A DNA stretch of 63,165 nucleotides, filler included. It is 5 parts of 5 records of this genome, joined end to end, with 100 filler letters (N's around TTAATTAATTAA, not from the genome) between each part and the next. Parts side by side here need not be neighbours in the genome. Positions count along the whole stretch, not along the records: positions 1 to 19,736 come from SRR33789315_23; 4 more parts are not named here. One strand, given 5' to 3'. Every line of letters begins with the position of its first letter. The stretch's first letter is position 1. Of the stretch, positions 1-9,423 are shown piece by piece. A program made the position numbers and the translations under genes. A model generated the notes under the pieces. The model saw nothing but the letters and a program-made list of their open reading frames with translations. It had not been told where the DNA came from and did no database searches.

Positions 1-2
1 GC

Positions 3-674
3 CTTAGAGTCCTTGATGATATCAATCTTTATTGAATCTGGGTCTAGGAGTTGATGGAAGACTGTTTTTTTACTTCGATCGGTTAGGTACTCCATCGCGA
101 AACCGTGTAAAAAGGCAACGTGACCAATGGATGTTAAGTTGTCCATTGTTACTCCGGGGGTCGCCATCATGAATAGTGATCCAAGAGTTAATAGCAATTG
201 AGAGTGAGCTGCAAACCTTTCTTCTGAATTGGAAAGTGTTGTTAATATATTATAATTAGAAATCTTATCTTTCTTAGCTTCGTCCGTTTCAAACAAAGCA
301 AGAGAGATTTTTTTGGCTTTATTCATGACATCTTTCATAAAATCGTCATCACTACAATTTTCTTCTCTATAAAGAGCGTAGGAGAAGAGTTCCTCAGCTT
401 TAGTCGTATCAATAGGCTTATTGCCTTGAAGAGAGCTCTTTAGCTCAAGAGGTAGTTTGTTTTCAAAGTAAGCTGAATGAGCCTCTTTTGTTACGAGTAT
501 TGTTCCACCAGGATACTTTTTTAAACGTTCTTGATCCTCTATGGAGACTTCAAAGCCCGGTTCATAAATCTTTACAACTTTCTTTTCAGAAACTTGCAAG
601 AAGACCTCGTAAGGGTATATTTCCCCTAAACAAAAAGCAGATGAAGAAATTGACTTGAGCTTCACATTTGTCAT
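3..674 (-). CDS. Partial ORF (runs off window start), degenerate HD/HD-GYP-like domain protein
   Basis: Hand translation from ATG 674 (MTNVKLKSISSS...) stays open to position 3; contains HSQLLLTLGSL...IGHVAFLHGF, resembling HS...ALLHD with D->G; not in ORF track. Confidence 0.5.
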   Translation of the reverse strand, partial: MTNVKLKSISSSAFCLGEIYPYEVFLQVSEKKVVKIYEPGFEVSIEDQERLKKYPGGTILVTKEAHSAYFENKLPLELKSSLQGNKPIDTTKAEELFSYALYREENCSDDDFMKDVMNKAKKISLALFETDEAKKDKISNYNILTTLSNSEERFAAHSQLLLTLGSLFMMATPGVTMDNLTSIGHVAFLHGFAMEYLTDRSKKTVFHQLLDPDSIKIDIIKDSK

Positions 675-788
675 GGAAAGTTTTCGGAGCAACTTTGAAA
701 TTAATGAATCAAATATTGGACAAGCCTAATACTATTTTAACTTTTCTCATGAATTCATATTCTTACGTTGATTAAAATTAAAAGTTTC

Positions 789-1463
789 TTATTTATTAAA
801 CCAAGCACCTGTCGCCTGAAGTGGGGTGCCTTTTTCATTTTCAATCCATGCAACGATCGCACTATTTGAAATTGGTTTAGGTTTTAACGATTTAGTATTC
901 CATTGTTTAATAACAAAATCATGTTTAAGTTCAACGCCAGCATTTTCCCCACGCTTTGGTTTTGTTACCTCCGAAAAACTTAACTGTGCGATGTGAACGA
1001 TGGCATTTTTATTCTCTGAGACGGCTTCGAATTCACCATTATCTTTTTTAATAATTTTTAATAGCGAGCCTTTTTCAATAGGTTTAGAAATAAACGCTGC
1101 TCCTTTCCAGTCTCTCGATTCCATTCCAGAAACAAACAGTTCAGGAGTATAAACATTTCTCGCATTAACTCTCGCGGCATGAGCACGTTGGCGATTATTT
1201 GCTCTCTCGTCAGCAAAGCGATCTTTATGACCAATATAATCCCAATAAGAGACATGAAAGGCGATGGGAACAAATTTTTTAAAAAGGTTTGGATGAACGA
1301 CTAAACTAGAAAGCCATTTATCTGCAGGAGGGCAACTCGAACATCCTTCTGATGTATAAACTTCTACCAATGGAATATTGTCAGTCGTTTGAATAAAGAC
1401 TGATTCAGCCCTTGTGACATTTAGAGTAATTAAGAAAAGGATTATCGTAAGTACTTGAATCAT
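789..1463 (-). CDS. DUF1223 secreted thioredoxin-fold protein
   Basis: Signal peptide; VEVYTSEGCSSCPPAD and FHVSYWDY motifs. Confidence 0.85.
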   Translation of the reverse strand: MIQVLTIILFLITLNVTRAESVFIQTTDNIPLVEVYTSEGCSSCPPADKWLSSLVVHPNLFKKFVPIAFHVSYWDYIGHKDRFADERANNRQRAHAARVNARNVYTPELFVSGMESRDWKGAAFISKPIEKGSLLKIIKKDNGEFEAVSENKNAIVHIAQLSFSEVTKPKRGENAGVELKHDFVIKQWNTKSLKPKPISNSAIVAWIENEKGTPLQATGAWFNK

Positions 1464-1511
1464 ATTGACCTCTTTAGTGAGTGAGTCAATTTTTCAAAAT
1501 ATTACAAGCTT

Positions 1512-2303
1512 TTAACCGAGAAAGTTTTTAATGGTTTGTGCCGTCCACTCAGTGCTATCTATCGCTAAGTCATGGCCAGCTTCAGGATGTATTTCTAGTT
1601 TACCACCCCAAGCCTTATGAATTTTTTCAGAGCAACTATAGTGACACAATCTATCTTTTTTTCCGGCCATAATAAGAAGCTTCGGCTTTGGTTTTTCTTT
1701 AGACGCATTGTATGTAAGAGCAGCGGCGATTTGATTGATGAAACTTTTATGAGAAACAGGACGTTCTCTTTGCCACTCAATCCATTTTTTCAAAATAGGT
1801 GGATGCTTATCTCTTCTGTTGGAGACCATCTCTAAGATCCCACGTTCAACTTCGTCTCTATCACGAGTAACAAAAAGCTTCAAAAACGTTTTCATGCTTT
1901 GAGGCTGAAGTCTTTTATGAATAGGGCAGATTCCTTTAAAACTTGTGTTCATGAGAACGCAATTTTTAAAATCATCAGGGTAAAGCTCCATCCATTGACG
2001 GGCCATCATACCACCTAACGAAATGGCAACTAATGTATTATCTTGTTTACCATCAAAGCAATGAGCATACTCTTTGCGCATATCTTCAACATAGGCTTTA
2101 AAATTTCTAGGTGAAATGATTTCATTTTTTTCACCTACGCCTGGATAGTCTAGTCCGATGATGTTGGCTTCTGGGAAAGTTGAGCGCATTACTCCGTAAA
2201 AATCTCCCCAATGTCTTTTTTCTCTAACAAGTCCTTTTAGTAAAAAGATATTCAAAATTTGATTCCTAGTTGAGTTTGCGTCCATCACATCATAATCTAG
2301 CAC
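1512..2303 (-). CDS. Alpha/beta hydrolase
   Basis: AISLGG nucleophile elbow, GKKD, AGHD. Confidence 0.85.
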   Translation of the reverse strand: MLDYDVMDANSTRNQILNIFLLKGLVREKRHWGDFYGVMRSTFPEANIIGLDYPGVGEKNEIISPRNFKAYVEDMRKEYAHCFDGKQDNTLVAISLGGMMARQWMELYPDDFKNCVLMNTSFKGICPIHKRLQPQSMKTFLKLFVTRDRDEVERGILEMVSNRRDKHPPILKKWIEWQRERPVSHKSFINQIAAALTYNASKEKPKPKLLIMAGKKDRLCHYSCSEKIHKAWGGKLEIHPEAGHDLAIDSTEWTAQTIKNFLG

Positions 2304-2346
2304 TTCTCACTCACCAAGTGATTCAAATGTTCCTAGGAGTTGACTC

Positions 2347-2748
2347 ATGTCGTCAGTATTTACAAAGATTATTAATGAAGAGCTACCTTGCTTTAAACTT
2401 TATGAAGATGATCTCGTCATGAGTTTTTTAGCAGTTCCACCAAATCAACTTGGTCACGCTCTCGTTATTCCTAAGGAAGAGATTGATCATATTATTGATG
2501 TACCAACTGACACTTATGCTCGAGTGATGCAAATTGGTCAGTTAGTCGGAAAGGCGATTCATAAAGTTACTGGATCAAAACGTGTTTGTTATATGGTTCA
2601 AGGTTTTGAAGTTCCACATTTTCATTTGCATGTCGTTCCTTGTAATCAGCCAAGTGATTTAGATTTTAGAAATGCAAAAGCAAGATCAGATGCTGATATG
2701 AAAGAGATGCAAGAAAAAATCGTCAAAGAGTTAAGTCAATTAATCTGA
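2347..2748 (+). CDS. HIT family protein
   Basis: GHALVIPK and VPHFHLHVVP histidine triad. Confidence 0.92.
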   Translation: MSSVFTKIINEELPCFKLYEDDLVMSFLAVPPNQLGHALVIPKEEIDHIIDVPTDTYARVMQIGQLVGKAIHKVTGSKRVCYMVQGFEVPHFHLHVVPCNQPSDLDFRNAKARSDADMKEMQEKIVKELSQLI

Positions 2749-3690
2749 GACGAATTTATCAGTTTCTTCAATGAGTTTTGAGCGAATGCCTGTCTCTGCT
2801 AATGCATGTCCACTATCAGGAATAATATGAAGTTCAGCTTCAGGCCAAGCTTTCTTTAATTCCCAAGCATTCTCGACAGGACAAACAACGTCATATCTTC
2901 CGTGCACGATGACGGCAGGAATGTGGCGAATTTTTTCAACATCACGTAGTAATTGGTCTTCAGGTTCAAACCAACCTTTGTTCACAAAGTAATGACATTC
3001 GATGCGAGCAAACGCATCTGCAAATTTGATATCCTCTTCGAAGCCTTGAATATGGGCTTGATCAGGAATAAGTTTACTTGTTCTTGCTTCCCAGACTGCC
3101 CAGGCCGTTGCAGCTTCTCTTCTGACACTGGCATCTTCAGAGGTTAATCTTTTGTAAAAAGCGCTCATGAAGTCATGGCGTTCAGCTTGGGGAATTGGCT
3201 TGATATAATCTTCCCAAAAGTCAGGGTAAATTTTTGAACAACCCTCTTGATAAAACCAATCGAGCTCTTTTTTTCGAAGCATAAAGATACCGCGAAGAAA
3301 TAATTTAGTGCAACTTTCTGGATGAGTTTGAGCATAGGCTAAGGCCAACGTTGAACCCCATGAACCACCAAAGACGGCCCATTTCGAAATATTTAAATGA
3401 TCTCTAATTTTTTCTATATCAGAAACAAGTGTCCACGTTGTGTTGTCTTCAAGCTCAGAGTGAGGTTGAGATCTTCCACAGCCTCGTTGATCGAATAAAA
3501 CAATACGATATTTTTGTGGGTTAAAATAACGGCGATAATTCTTACCGCATCCACCACCTGGTCCACCATGAAGGAATACTACTGGAGTGCCTTCAGGATT
3601 GCCGCATTCTTCAACATAAAGTGTATGAAGCTCTGAGACTTTAAGGGAAAACGTGTGGTACGGTTCTAGTTCTGGGTATAATTCTCTCAT
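2740..3690 (-). CDS. pip: Proline iminopeptidase
   Basis: HGGPGGG, DQRGCGRS, GGSWG, ARIECHYF; start trimmed to MRELYPE at 3690. Confidence 0.93.
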   Translation of the reverse strand: MRELYPELEPYHTFSLKVSELHTLYVEECGNPEGTPVVFLHGGPGGGCGKNYRRYFNPQKYRIVLFDQRGCGRSQPHSELEDNTTWTLVSDIEKIRDHLNISKWAVFGGSWGSTLALAYAQTHPESCTKLFLRGIFMLRKKELDWFYQEGCSKIYPDFWEDYIKPIPQAERHDFMSAFYKRLTSEDASVRREAATAWAVWEARTSKLIPDQAHIQGFEEDIKFADAFARIECHYFVNKGWFEPEDQLLRDVEKIRHIPAVIVHGRYDVVCPVENAWELKKAWPEAELHIIPDSGHALAETGIRSKLIEETDKFVSD

Positions 3691-3707
3691 GGGTACGATC
3701 ATGCCAT

Positions 3708-6125
3708 TTGGAGATGAGTTTGGCACGTGAACAGTTAAATGGTTTTCTAATAAATGGATATTATAGTGAGGAACGAGGACGTCCAAGTCTTGTTCTTTGG
3801 CTGCGCACAAAAGAAGCCCCTGCTAAAGTCGTCATTTCCGATCCTCAACTTGTTTTTTTCATATCGCGCGACGTTTCAAATGATAAATTGTCAGGCATTG
3901 CTAAATTTGAGCGAAAGCTTTTGCCTTTAAAAGATATGGGATTTCGTGATGTCGATGGCCTTTACTTTCAAAATCATAAAGATCTTTTAGAAGCTAAAGA
4001 TACACTACAAAGTGCAGGCGTTAGAACCTACGAAGCCGACATCAGGCCATTAGAGCGATATTTAATGGAGCGCTTTATTCACGCTCATGTTGATGTGTCT
4101 GGTACTATTCAAAATTATGGATCAAGTCTAGTTGTTCAAGATGCTCAGCTTAAAAGTGCAAAGCCTTTTGATGTCACTTTTTCTTTACTGTCCCTAGATA
4201 TTGAAACAAGCATGAAGGGTGATCTTCTTTCAGTTGGTCTGCATCAAATTAATCATGATGGTACAGGCGCTGAAAAATCTTTAGTGCTGATGAATGGATC
4301 TGAAAATGGTGAAAAAGATCCAAGTCTTCCAGTTGAGTGGCTATCAAGTGAGCTTGAAGTCTTAAAGCGTATGCTTGAGACAATCAAAGCTTGGGATCCT
4401 GACGTCATTACTGGCTGGCACGTTATTGGTTTTGATTTTAAATTTCTAGAAAAGAAAGCTAACCAATACGGCATTCATTTAACAATGGGGCGAGAAAACG
4501 ATCGCTTAAATATTTTTGAAAGAAATGGAGCAAGCTTTGCTTCAATGAAAGGAAGAATAGTTCTCGACGGACCTTGGGCCTTTAAAGCTAATTTTTTTTC
4601 GTTCTCAAATTTTAAGCTTGATACTGTTGCTCATGAAGTCCTAGGGGTAGGTAAAGATATTGAAGCTACTGGAATGGAGAAAGTGGCCGAGATTGAAAGA
4701 CGCTACAAAGAAGATCGAACTGCACTTGCTCGTTATAATTTAATGGATGCAGTTCTCGTAAATCAGATCCTTTTAAAGACTGGCTTATTTAATATAATGC
4801 TTGAGCGCTCAAAGATTTCGGGCTTGATGATTGAAAAAACAGGATTTTCTACCGCTGCTTTTGATCACTTTCTTTTACCTAGGCTTCACCGAAAAGGACA
4901 TGTTGCTCCTAATGTTTTAGATATTGATATGGAAGGTGGGGCAAGTGGGGGGCATGTTTTTGATCCTGTACCTGGACTACATGATCATGTGATTGTTTTA
5001 GATTTTAAAAGTCTGTATCCGTCCATAATGCGTACTTTTAAAATAGACCCTTATTCAAGAATGGTGGCGGAGTTTGAATCGAGTGAAGGAAAAAATATCG
5101 ATGATATCCTGAATACTCCGACTGGAATTAACTTTTCGAAAAAAGAACATATTCTGCCTGATTTTTTAACCGAACTTACTCATAAGAGAGGTTTGGCCAA
5201 GAAAGATAAAAATGCGGCACTTTCTCAGGCGATTAAAATTTTAATGAATAGTTTTTATGGTGTTATGGGCTCTCGTGGTTGTCGCTTCTACCACGTTGAA
5301 TTACCTGAAGCGATTACTGGGACTGGACGCTGGATTTTAGAAACTTCTAAAGCCTGGATTGAAGAGCAGGGCAATAAAGTTATCTATGGTGATACTGACT
5401 CTCTTTTTGTTCAGTTAAAAGTAGGCGAAAGTTCGAAAGCATTTGAAAAGGCTCATGATTTAGCTGAAAAACTTAATATTGAATTAGCTAAAATTATTCA
5501 ACAAAGATTTAAGATAACTTCGCATCTAGAAGTAGAGTATGAAAAATATTATAGAAAGATTTTCTTCGCACCTTTAAGAGGTGGAGAAGGAGCTGCTAAA
5601 AAACGATACGCTGCTTGGCAGTGGTCAAGAAGTGATATTGAAAGCGTTAATCCTAAGGGAGAGTTTACTTTTAGTGGTCTTGAAGTTGTTAGACAAGATT
5701 GGACGGAGCTTGCCAAAATCTACCAACGTGAAATTTATCGTCGATTATTTTTAGATGAAGATATTAAAGAGTGGACTAAGCAGTTTATTGAGCGAGTCAA
5801 AAACAGAGAATTCATAAAAGAGCTCATCTATAAAAAAAGACTTAGTAAAACTGCTGATGAATACAAAAAAAATATTCCACAACATGTTCGGGCGGTAATG
5901 ATGCTTTTTGATCATCCTGACTTCGCCGAAGACGCGAAGAGTGCAAGGGATGTTGAATATATGATGACCTCTAGAGGTCCAGTACCAATACAGCTAGATC
6001 CACAAGATATTGATTTTCAACACTATATAGATAAACAAATTCGTCCTTTGGCCGAAAGTGTTTTATGGTATTTTGATACGAGTTGGGATGATTTAGAGGG
6101 CGGGGCCCAATTGGACTTATTGTAG
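3708..6125 (+). CDS. polB: DNA polymerase II (family B)
   Basis: Exo DIET, DFKSLYPSI, KILMNSFYG, YGDTDS, KKRYA; alternative ATG at 3714. Confidence 0.93.
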   Translation: MEMSLAREQLNGFLINGYYSEERGRPSLVLWLRTKEAPAKVVISDPQLVFFISRDVSNDKLSGIAKFERKLLPLKDMGFRDVDGLYFQNHKDLLEAKDTLQSAGVRTYEADIRPLERYLMERFIHAHVDVSGTIQNYGSSLVVQDAQLKSAKPFDVTFSLLSLDIETSMKGDLLSVGLHQINHDGTGAEKSLVLMNGSENGEKDPSLPVEWLSSELEVLKRMLETIKAWDPDVITGWHVIGFDFKFLEKKANQYGIHLTMGRENDRLNIFERNGASFASMKGRIVLDGPWAFKANFFSFSNFKLDTVAHEVLGVGKDIEATGMEKVAEIERRYKEDRTALARYNLMDAVLVNQILLKTGLFNIMLERSKISGLMIEKTGFSTAAFDHFLLPRLHRKGHVAPNVLDIDMEGGASGGHVFDPVPGLHDHVIVLDFKSLYPSIMRTFKIDPYSRMVAEFESSEGKNIDDILNTPTGINFSKKEHILPDFLTELTHKRGLAKKDKNAALSQAIKILMNSFYGVMGSRGCRFYHVELPEAITGTGRWILETSKAWIEEQGNKVIYGDTDSLFVQLKVGESSKAFEKAHDLAEKLNIELAKIIQQRFKITSHLEVEYEKYYRKIFFAPLRGGEGAAKKRYAAWQWSRSDIESVNPKGEFTFSGLEVVRQDWTELAKIYQREIYRRLFLDEDIKEWTKQFIERVKNREFIKELIYKKRLSKTADEYKKNIPQHVRAVMMLFDHPDFAEDAKSARDVEYMMTSRGPVPIQLDPQDIDFQHYIDKQIRPLAESVLWYFDTSWDDLEGGAQLDLL

Positions 6126-7075
6126 TGAGTACTAGAAAAAGAGATATCGCGATTAAAGCCTTTAGGCGCTTTAATCAGCAAAGAGGCACAACACTTGCAG
6201 CTGCGAGCTCTTTTTATTTTCTGTTAACTATTGTTCCTACTGCATTACTTTTAGTTCGAGCTATTGGACTTATTTTTGGTGACCTTTCAACAGCACTAGA
6301 TCAAGTTTTTATTGTGGCTCAAAACTTTTTTCCTAATCTTGCTGATGGTTTTTTGGTAACGATTAGAGATCTAGTTCAAACAGCTCTTTTTGGTTCCGTA
6401 AATATTACGATAGTGAATTTTATCTTCTTGATTATAGGCTCTTTGTCTTTTGTTAACTCACTGTGGACAGGAGTTTATCTCATCACTGAGGACAGAAGTT
6501 ATCTTTCATGGCGAAACTATCTAAATGGCTTGTCTTTATTAGGCTTTTCATCACTTTTTGTTTTTCTCGTTTTATTGATTCCTGTTTTGACAGTTTGGTT
6601 TATCAATTTTTTAAGAACTAATTCATTTATTTTAGCGCTTTATGAAGTGGTTAATCTTCCAAGAGATCTGTTGTTGAAAATTACGCTTTTTGACATTGAT
6701 TCAAACTTTCTTATTAAGTCCGACTACTTTGCTCTGACTCTGTTCGTTTTATATTTTACTTATGCTTTTCGCCAAATTTTTAAATCAAATCTTGCATGGA
6801 AACACGCTTTGATCAGTGCCATAACCTTTTCAAGCGGTGTCTTCATCTTGAAGAAAGTTTTTTGGCTTTACCTGCAAACGCTTAAAGAATCTCTCTTAAG
6901 CAATTATGGTAAAGCCTACACGCTTGTTTTGGGCGCTTTGTGGATTTATTTGTTAATGTGCTTTTTCTTTTTAGTTGTAGCTTTAGGAAATGAGCTGACA
7001 TCGCGGCGGCGCGCCTTGGTGGCCCATTCAACAAAAGGCTACCATGGTGACGGTTTAGAAGGAGAGTTAAATTGA
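6125..7075 (+). CDS. YihY/BrkB family membrane protein
   Basis: AAASSFYFLL N-terminal motif, YG..LVLGALWIY C-terminal motif, multiple TMs. Confidence 0.8.
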   Translation: MSTRKRDIAIKAFRRFNQQRGTTLAAASSFYFLLTIVPTALLLVRAIGLIFGDLSTALDQVFIVAQNFFPNLADGFLVTIRDLVQTALFGSVNITIVNFIFLIIGSLSFVNSLWTGVYLITEDRSYLSWRNYLNGLSLLGFSSLFVFLVLLIPVLTVWFINFLRTNSFILALYEVVNLPRDLLLKITLFDIDSNFLIKSDYFALTLFVLYFTYAFRQIFKSNLAWKHALISAITFSSGVFILKKVFWLYLQTLKESLLSNYGKAYTLVLGALWIYLLMCFFFLVVALGNELTSRRRALVAHSTKGYHGDGLEGELN

Positions 7076-7293
7076 TTCGCGTACTGATCGATCTCTACAC
7101 ATTCTTGCTTATCATCGATATTATTTTGAGTTATCTACCTCAATATCGTCATCAGCCAATCGTAGCCAACATTAGAAGGGCCGCTGACTTTACATGTGCC
7201 CCTATCAGACGTTGGTTACCAAAAGATTTACCTTTTGATTTCTCAGCTTTCATCGTCATTATTCTTTTAAAACTCATCGAAGTTCTCTGGTAG
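7072..7293 (+). CDS. YggT family membrane protein
   Basis: ILSYLP...APIRRWLP...FDFS pattern. Confidence 0.85.
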   Translation: MIRVLIDLYTFLLIIDIILSYLPQYRHQPIVANIRRAADFTCAPIRRWLPKDLPFDFSAFIVIILLKLIEVLW

Positions 7294-7356
7294 CTTGTCA
7301 TATACTTGCAGTGAGTCGTATCATTAGATTTAGGATGATACACAACTGAGGTTTGA

Positions 7357-8163
7357 ATGGATTCAAGCTTAATGCAATTTGATTTAATGGCTAGAGAAAC
7401 TCTCGAGCTTTCTAAAAATTTAGACCCAAGTATGTTTGATGAGATGGAATCTGATTTTCGTCCATCAGGTCAAAACTTCAAACCAATCGGTCCTGGAATT
7501 CTTTATCGCATCGTTACTGGCGGTAGTACTTTCAGTTTACGTGGAATCGCCTGTGAAAGTATTAAAGAAACTTATGATGAATTAAATGATGGCGATCAAA
7601 GTATTCGCTCTAGTTTAAAAATTGAAGATGATGAAGAAGTCGAAATTCATCACTTTCGCTGTGACTTTATTGAACAAGCTGAAGTCGTTATGGATCAGTT
7701 GTTTAATCGTAGATTTCCACTTTATGAAGACATGCTTTGTAATCTAAGTGATCCTGGTTACAGCTGGTGGATGGAGCCGAATGAAGAGAGTTTAATTGTT
7801 TATTTCAAATCTCAAAGTATTGAACGTGAAAATAACCTCATTAAACTTGGTCCCATTGGTGATGATCTTCTAGCTCATCGTCGCTTTGGGGAATTAAAGC
7901 ACTCACTATCTTCATTGTTTAGTGTTCGTGAGTTTAGCTGTGATGATAGACGTCTTATCATTAAGCCCGTTGATGCTAGTTCAAAAGGGTACTTAGCTTT
8001 AAGAGATATTTTTGATTCTGGTCGCTCTCCAAATGACCTAAGTGGTTTTGGAAGCAGTGAAATTGGTCGAACCTTATTTTTCTACTTAAATGAATTGGCT
8101 AGTGTTCGAAATTTCTGGAGTCAATTAGCAATAAAATTAGAGAAAAAAACAAACCTATCTTGA
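7357..8163 (+). CDS. Hypothetical protein, possibly degenerate UvrC/Cho-like GIY-YIG domain
   Basis: Spacing of PGILY..., EQAEVVMDQLFNRRFPLY, KLGPIG recalls the UvrC N-terminus without its catalytic residues. Confidence 0.4.
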   Translation: MDSSLMQFDLMARETLELSKNLDPSMFDEMESDFRPSGQNFKPIGPGILYRIVTGGSTFSLRGIACESIKETYDELNDGDQSIRSSLKIEDDEEVEIHHFRCDFIEQAEVVMDQLFNRRFPLYEDMLCNLSDPGYSWWMEPNEESLIVYFKSQSIERENNLIKLGPIGDDLLAHRRFGELKHSLSSLFSVREFSCDDRRLIIKPVDASSKGYLALRDIFDSGRSPNDLSGFGSSEIGRTLFFYLNELASVRNFWSQLAIKLEKKTNLS

Positions 8164-8223
8164 TGCGATTGCTCGCTTCGTCTATAATTTAATTATCAAC
8201 AGGAAGTTGATTTTGATAACAGG

Positions 8224-8880
8224 ATGTTTACTGTGGAAACTGCTAGTCATTCACAGGGCCTCGGCTCTGATCGTTTAAGAAAAGCCATTGAAAGAAATCG
8301 TGCCAAACAAGCTAAACGTGAGACCATTCAAATGTCACGTCAAAGCCCGAACACCCAGTCTTCATGGACATCTGGCACAACTTCACAAGGCCCGACCATA
8401 GCTCAAGATGCTGAGCAAGTTCGTTTTTCAAGCACATTAAGATCTGGCCCAAGAAAGCCACCAGCACCTGTAAGTTATTCAAAAAGATCAACCGCTTTAG
8501 TGAAAGCAAAGCCAAGAGTAAAAGCAAAATCACCTAAGCGTCGCTCAAACTTGAGTAAACCACTCAACGTAAATGACACTGTCGTTAAAGTTTTTTGGGC
8601 GGTTTGTGGCGTTTTAGTCCTTCGATTGATTTTTTCTGGTGGTGGGGTAGTTGATTATTATGAACGTAATGCTCATCTTAATGAGAGAGTTTACGAAAAA
8701 GAACGTATCTTGGTAGAAAACGAGGCTCTACGCGGTGAAATTGAACTTATTAAAGTTAACAATGCTCACCAAAAGAAATTAGTGAGAGATCACTTAGGCT
8801 TTATTGCAGCTGACGAGTTTTTGATTCTATTTGCGAAAGACTCAAAGGCGCCAGAACTTGCAAGCGCTCACCAACTTTAA
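8224..8880 (+). CDS. Septum formation initiator (FtsB/DivIC family) with long disordered N-terminus
   Basis: Single TM, GG..DY, coiled coil, VRDHLGFIAADE. Confidence 0.7.
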   Translation: MFTVETASHSQGLGSDRLRKAIERNRAKQAKRETIQMSRQSPNTQSSWTSGTTSQGPTIAQDAEQVRFSSTLRSGPRKPPAPVSYSKRSTALVKAKPRVKAKSPKRRSNLSKPLNVNDTVVKVFWAVCGVLVLRLIFSGGGVVDYYERNAHLNERVYEKERILVENEALRGEIELIKVNNAHQKKLVRDHLGFIAADEFLILFAKDSKAPELASAHQL

Positions 8881-9388
8881 GCGCCTTTGCAAACTCACTT
8901 GAAGCCTTAACCTCAAGAACATGCCTAGCTCTAACAGTCTTAGAAAACACAATAAGAGGTGGCTCATCCATTCCTGGATGGGCTTGTAAGTTCTTATCAA
9001 TATCAACGATCGTAAGGTCATCATCTAAAAAAATCAGATCTAGATTAAAGTATGTATCCGGCATCCAAAAACGACGAATTCCAGTAGTTGGATACCAAAA
9101 GAGCACACCTTCATTGTCTTTGAATTCATGATCTTTAGTGCCAGACAGTCCAACTTCTTGCTCTTTTAGTGAAACGAGCAAGACTGTTTCAATCATACGA
9201 CCTGAAGGGTGAGCCAAACGAAAACGTCGCACAGAGTCAAGTGGATCATTCGCATTTGCCGTACGAAGAGCCTTGAAGGTTGCCGGTTCTTTTTGCGTTG
9301 TGACACTTTCATCTTGGCAGCCGATAAATACGCTTAAAGATAAAAAAAGGATGAGTTTTAGGCTTATTTGGGGCATAAATTTATTCAT
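8801..9388 (-). CDS. DUF192 lipoprotein
   Basis: Lipobox FIGC; GL...EGVLF...FWMPDTYFNLDLIF...VLEV. Confidence 0.8.
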   Translation of the reverse strand: MNKFMPQISLKLILFLSLSVFIGCQDESVTTQKEPATFKALRTANANDPLDSVRRFRLAHPSGRMIETVLLVSLKEQEVGLSGTKDHEFKDNEGVLFWYPTTGIRRFWMPDTYFNLDLIFLDDDLTIVDIDKNLQAHPGMDEPPLIVFSKTVRARHVLEVKASSEFAKALKVGERLQVLAPLSLSQIESKTRQLQ

Positions 9389-9423
9389 GCCTTCTATCCT
9401 AGAAGATGCACGAAGAGGTGACA

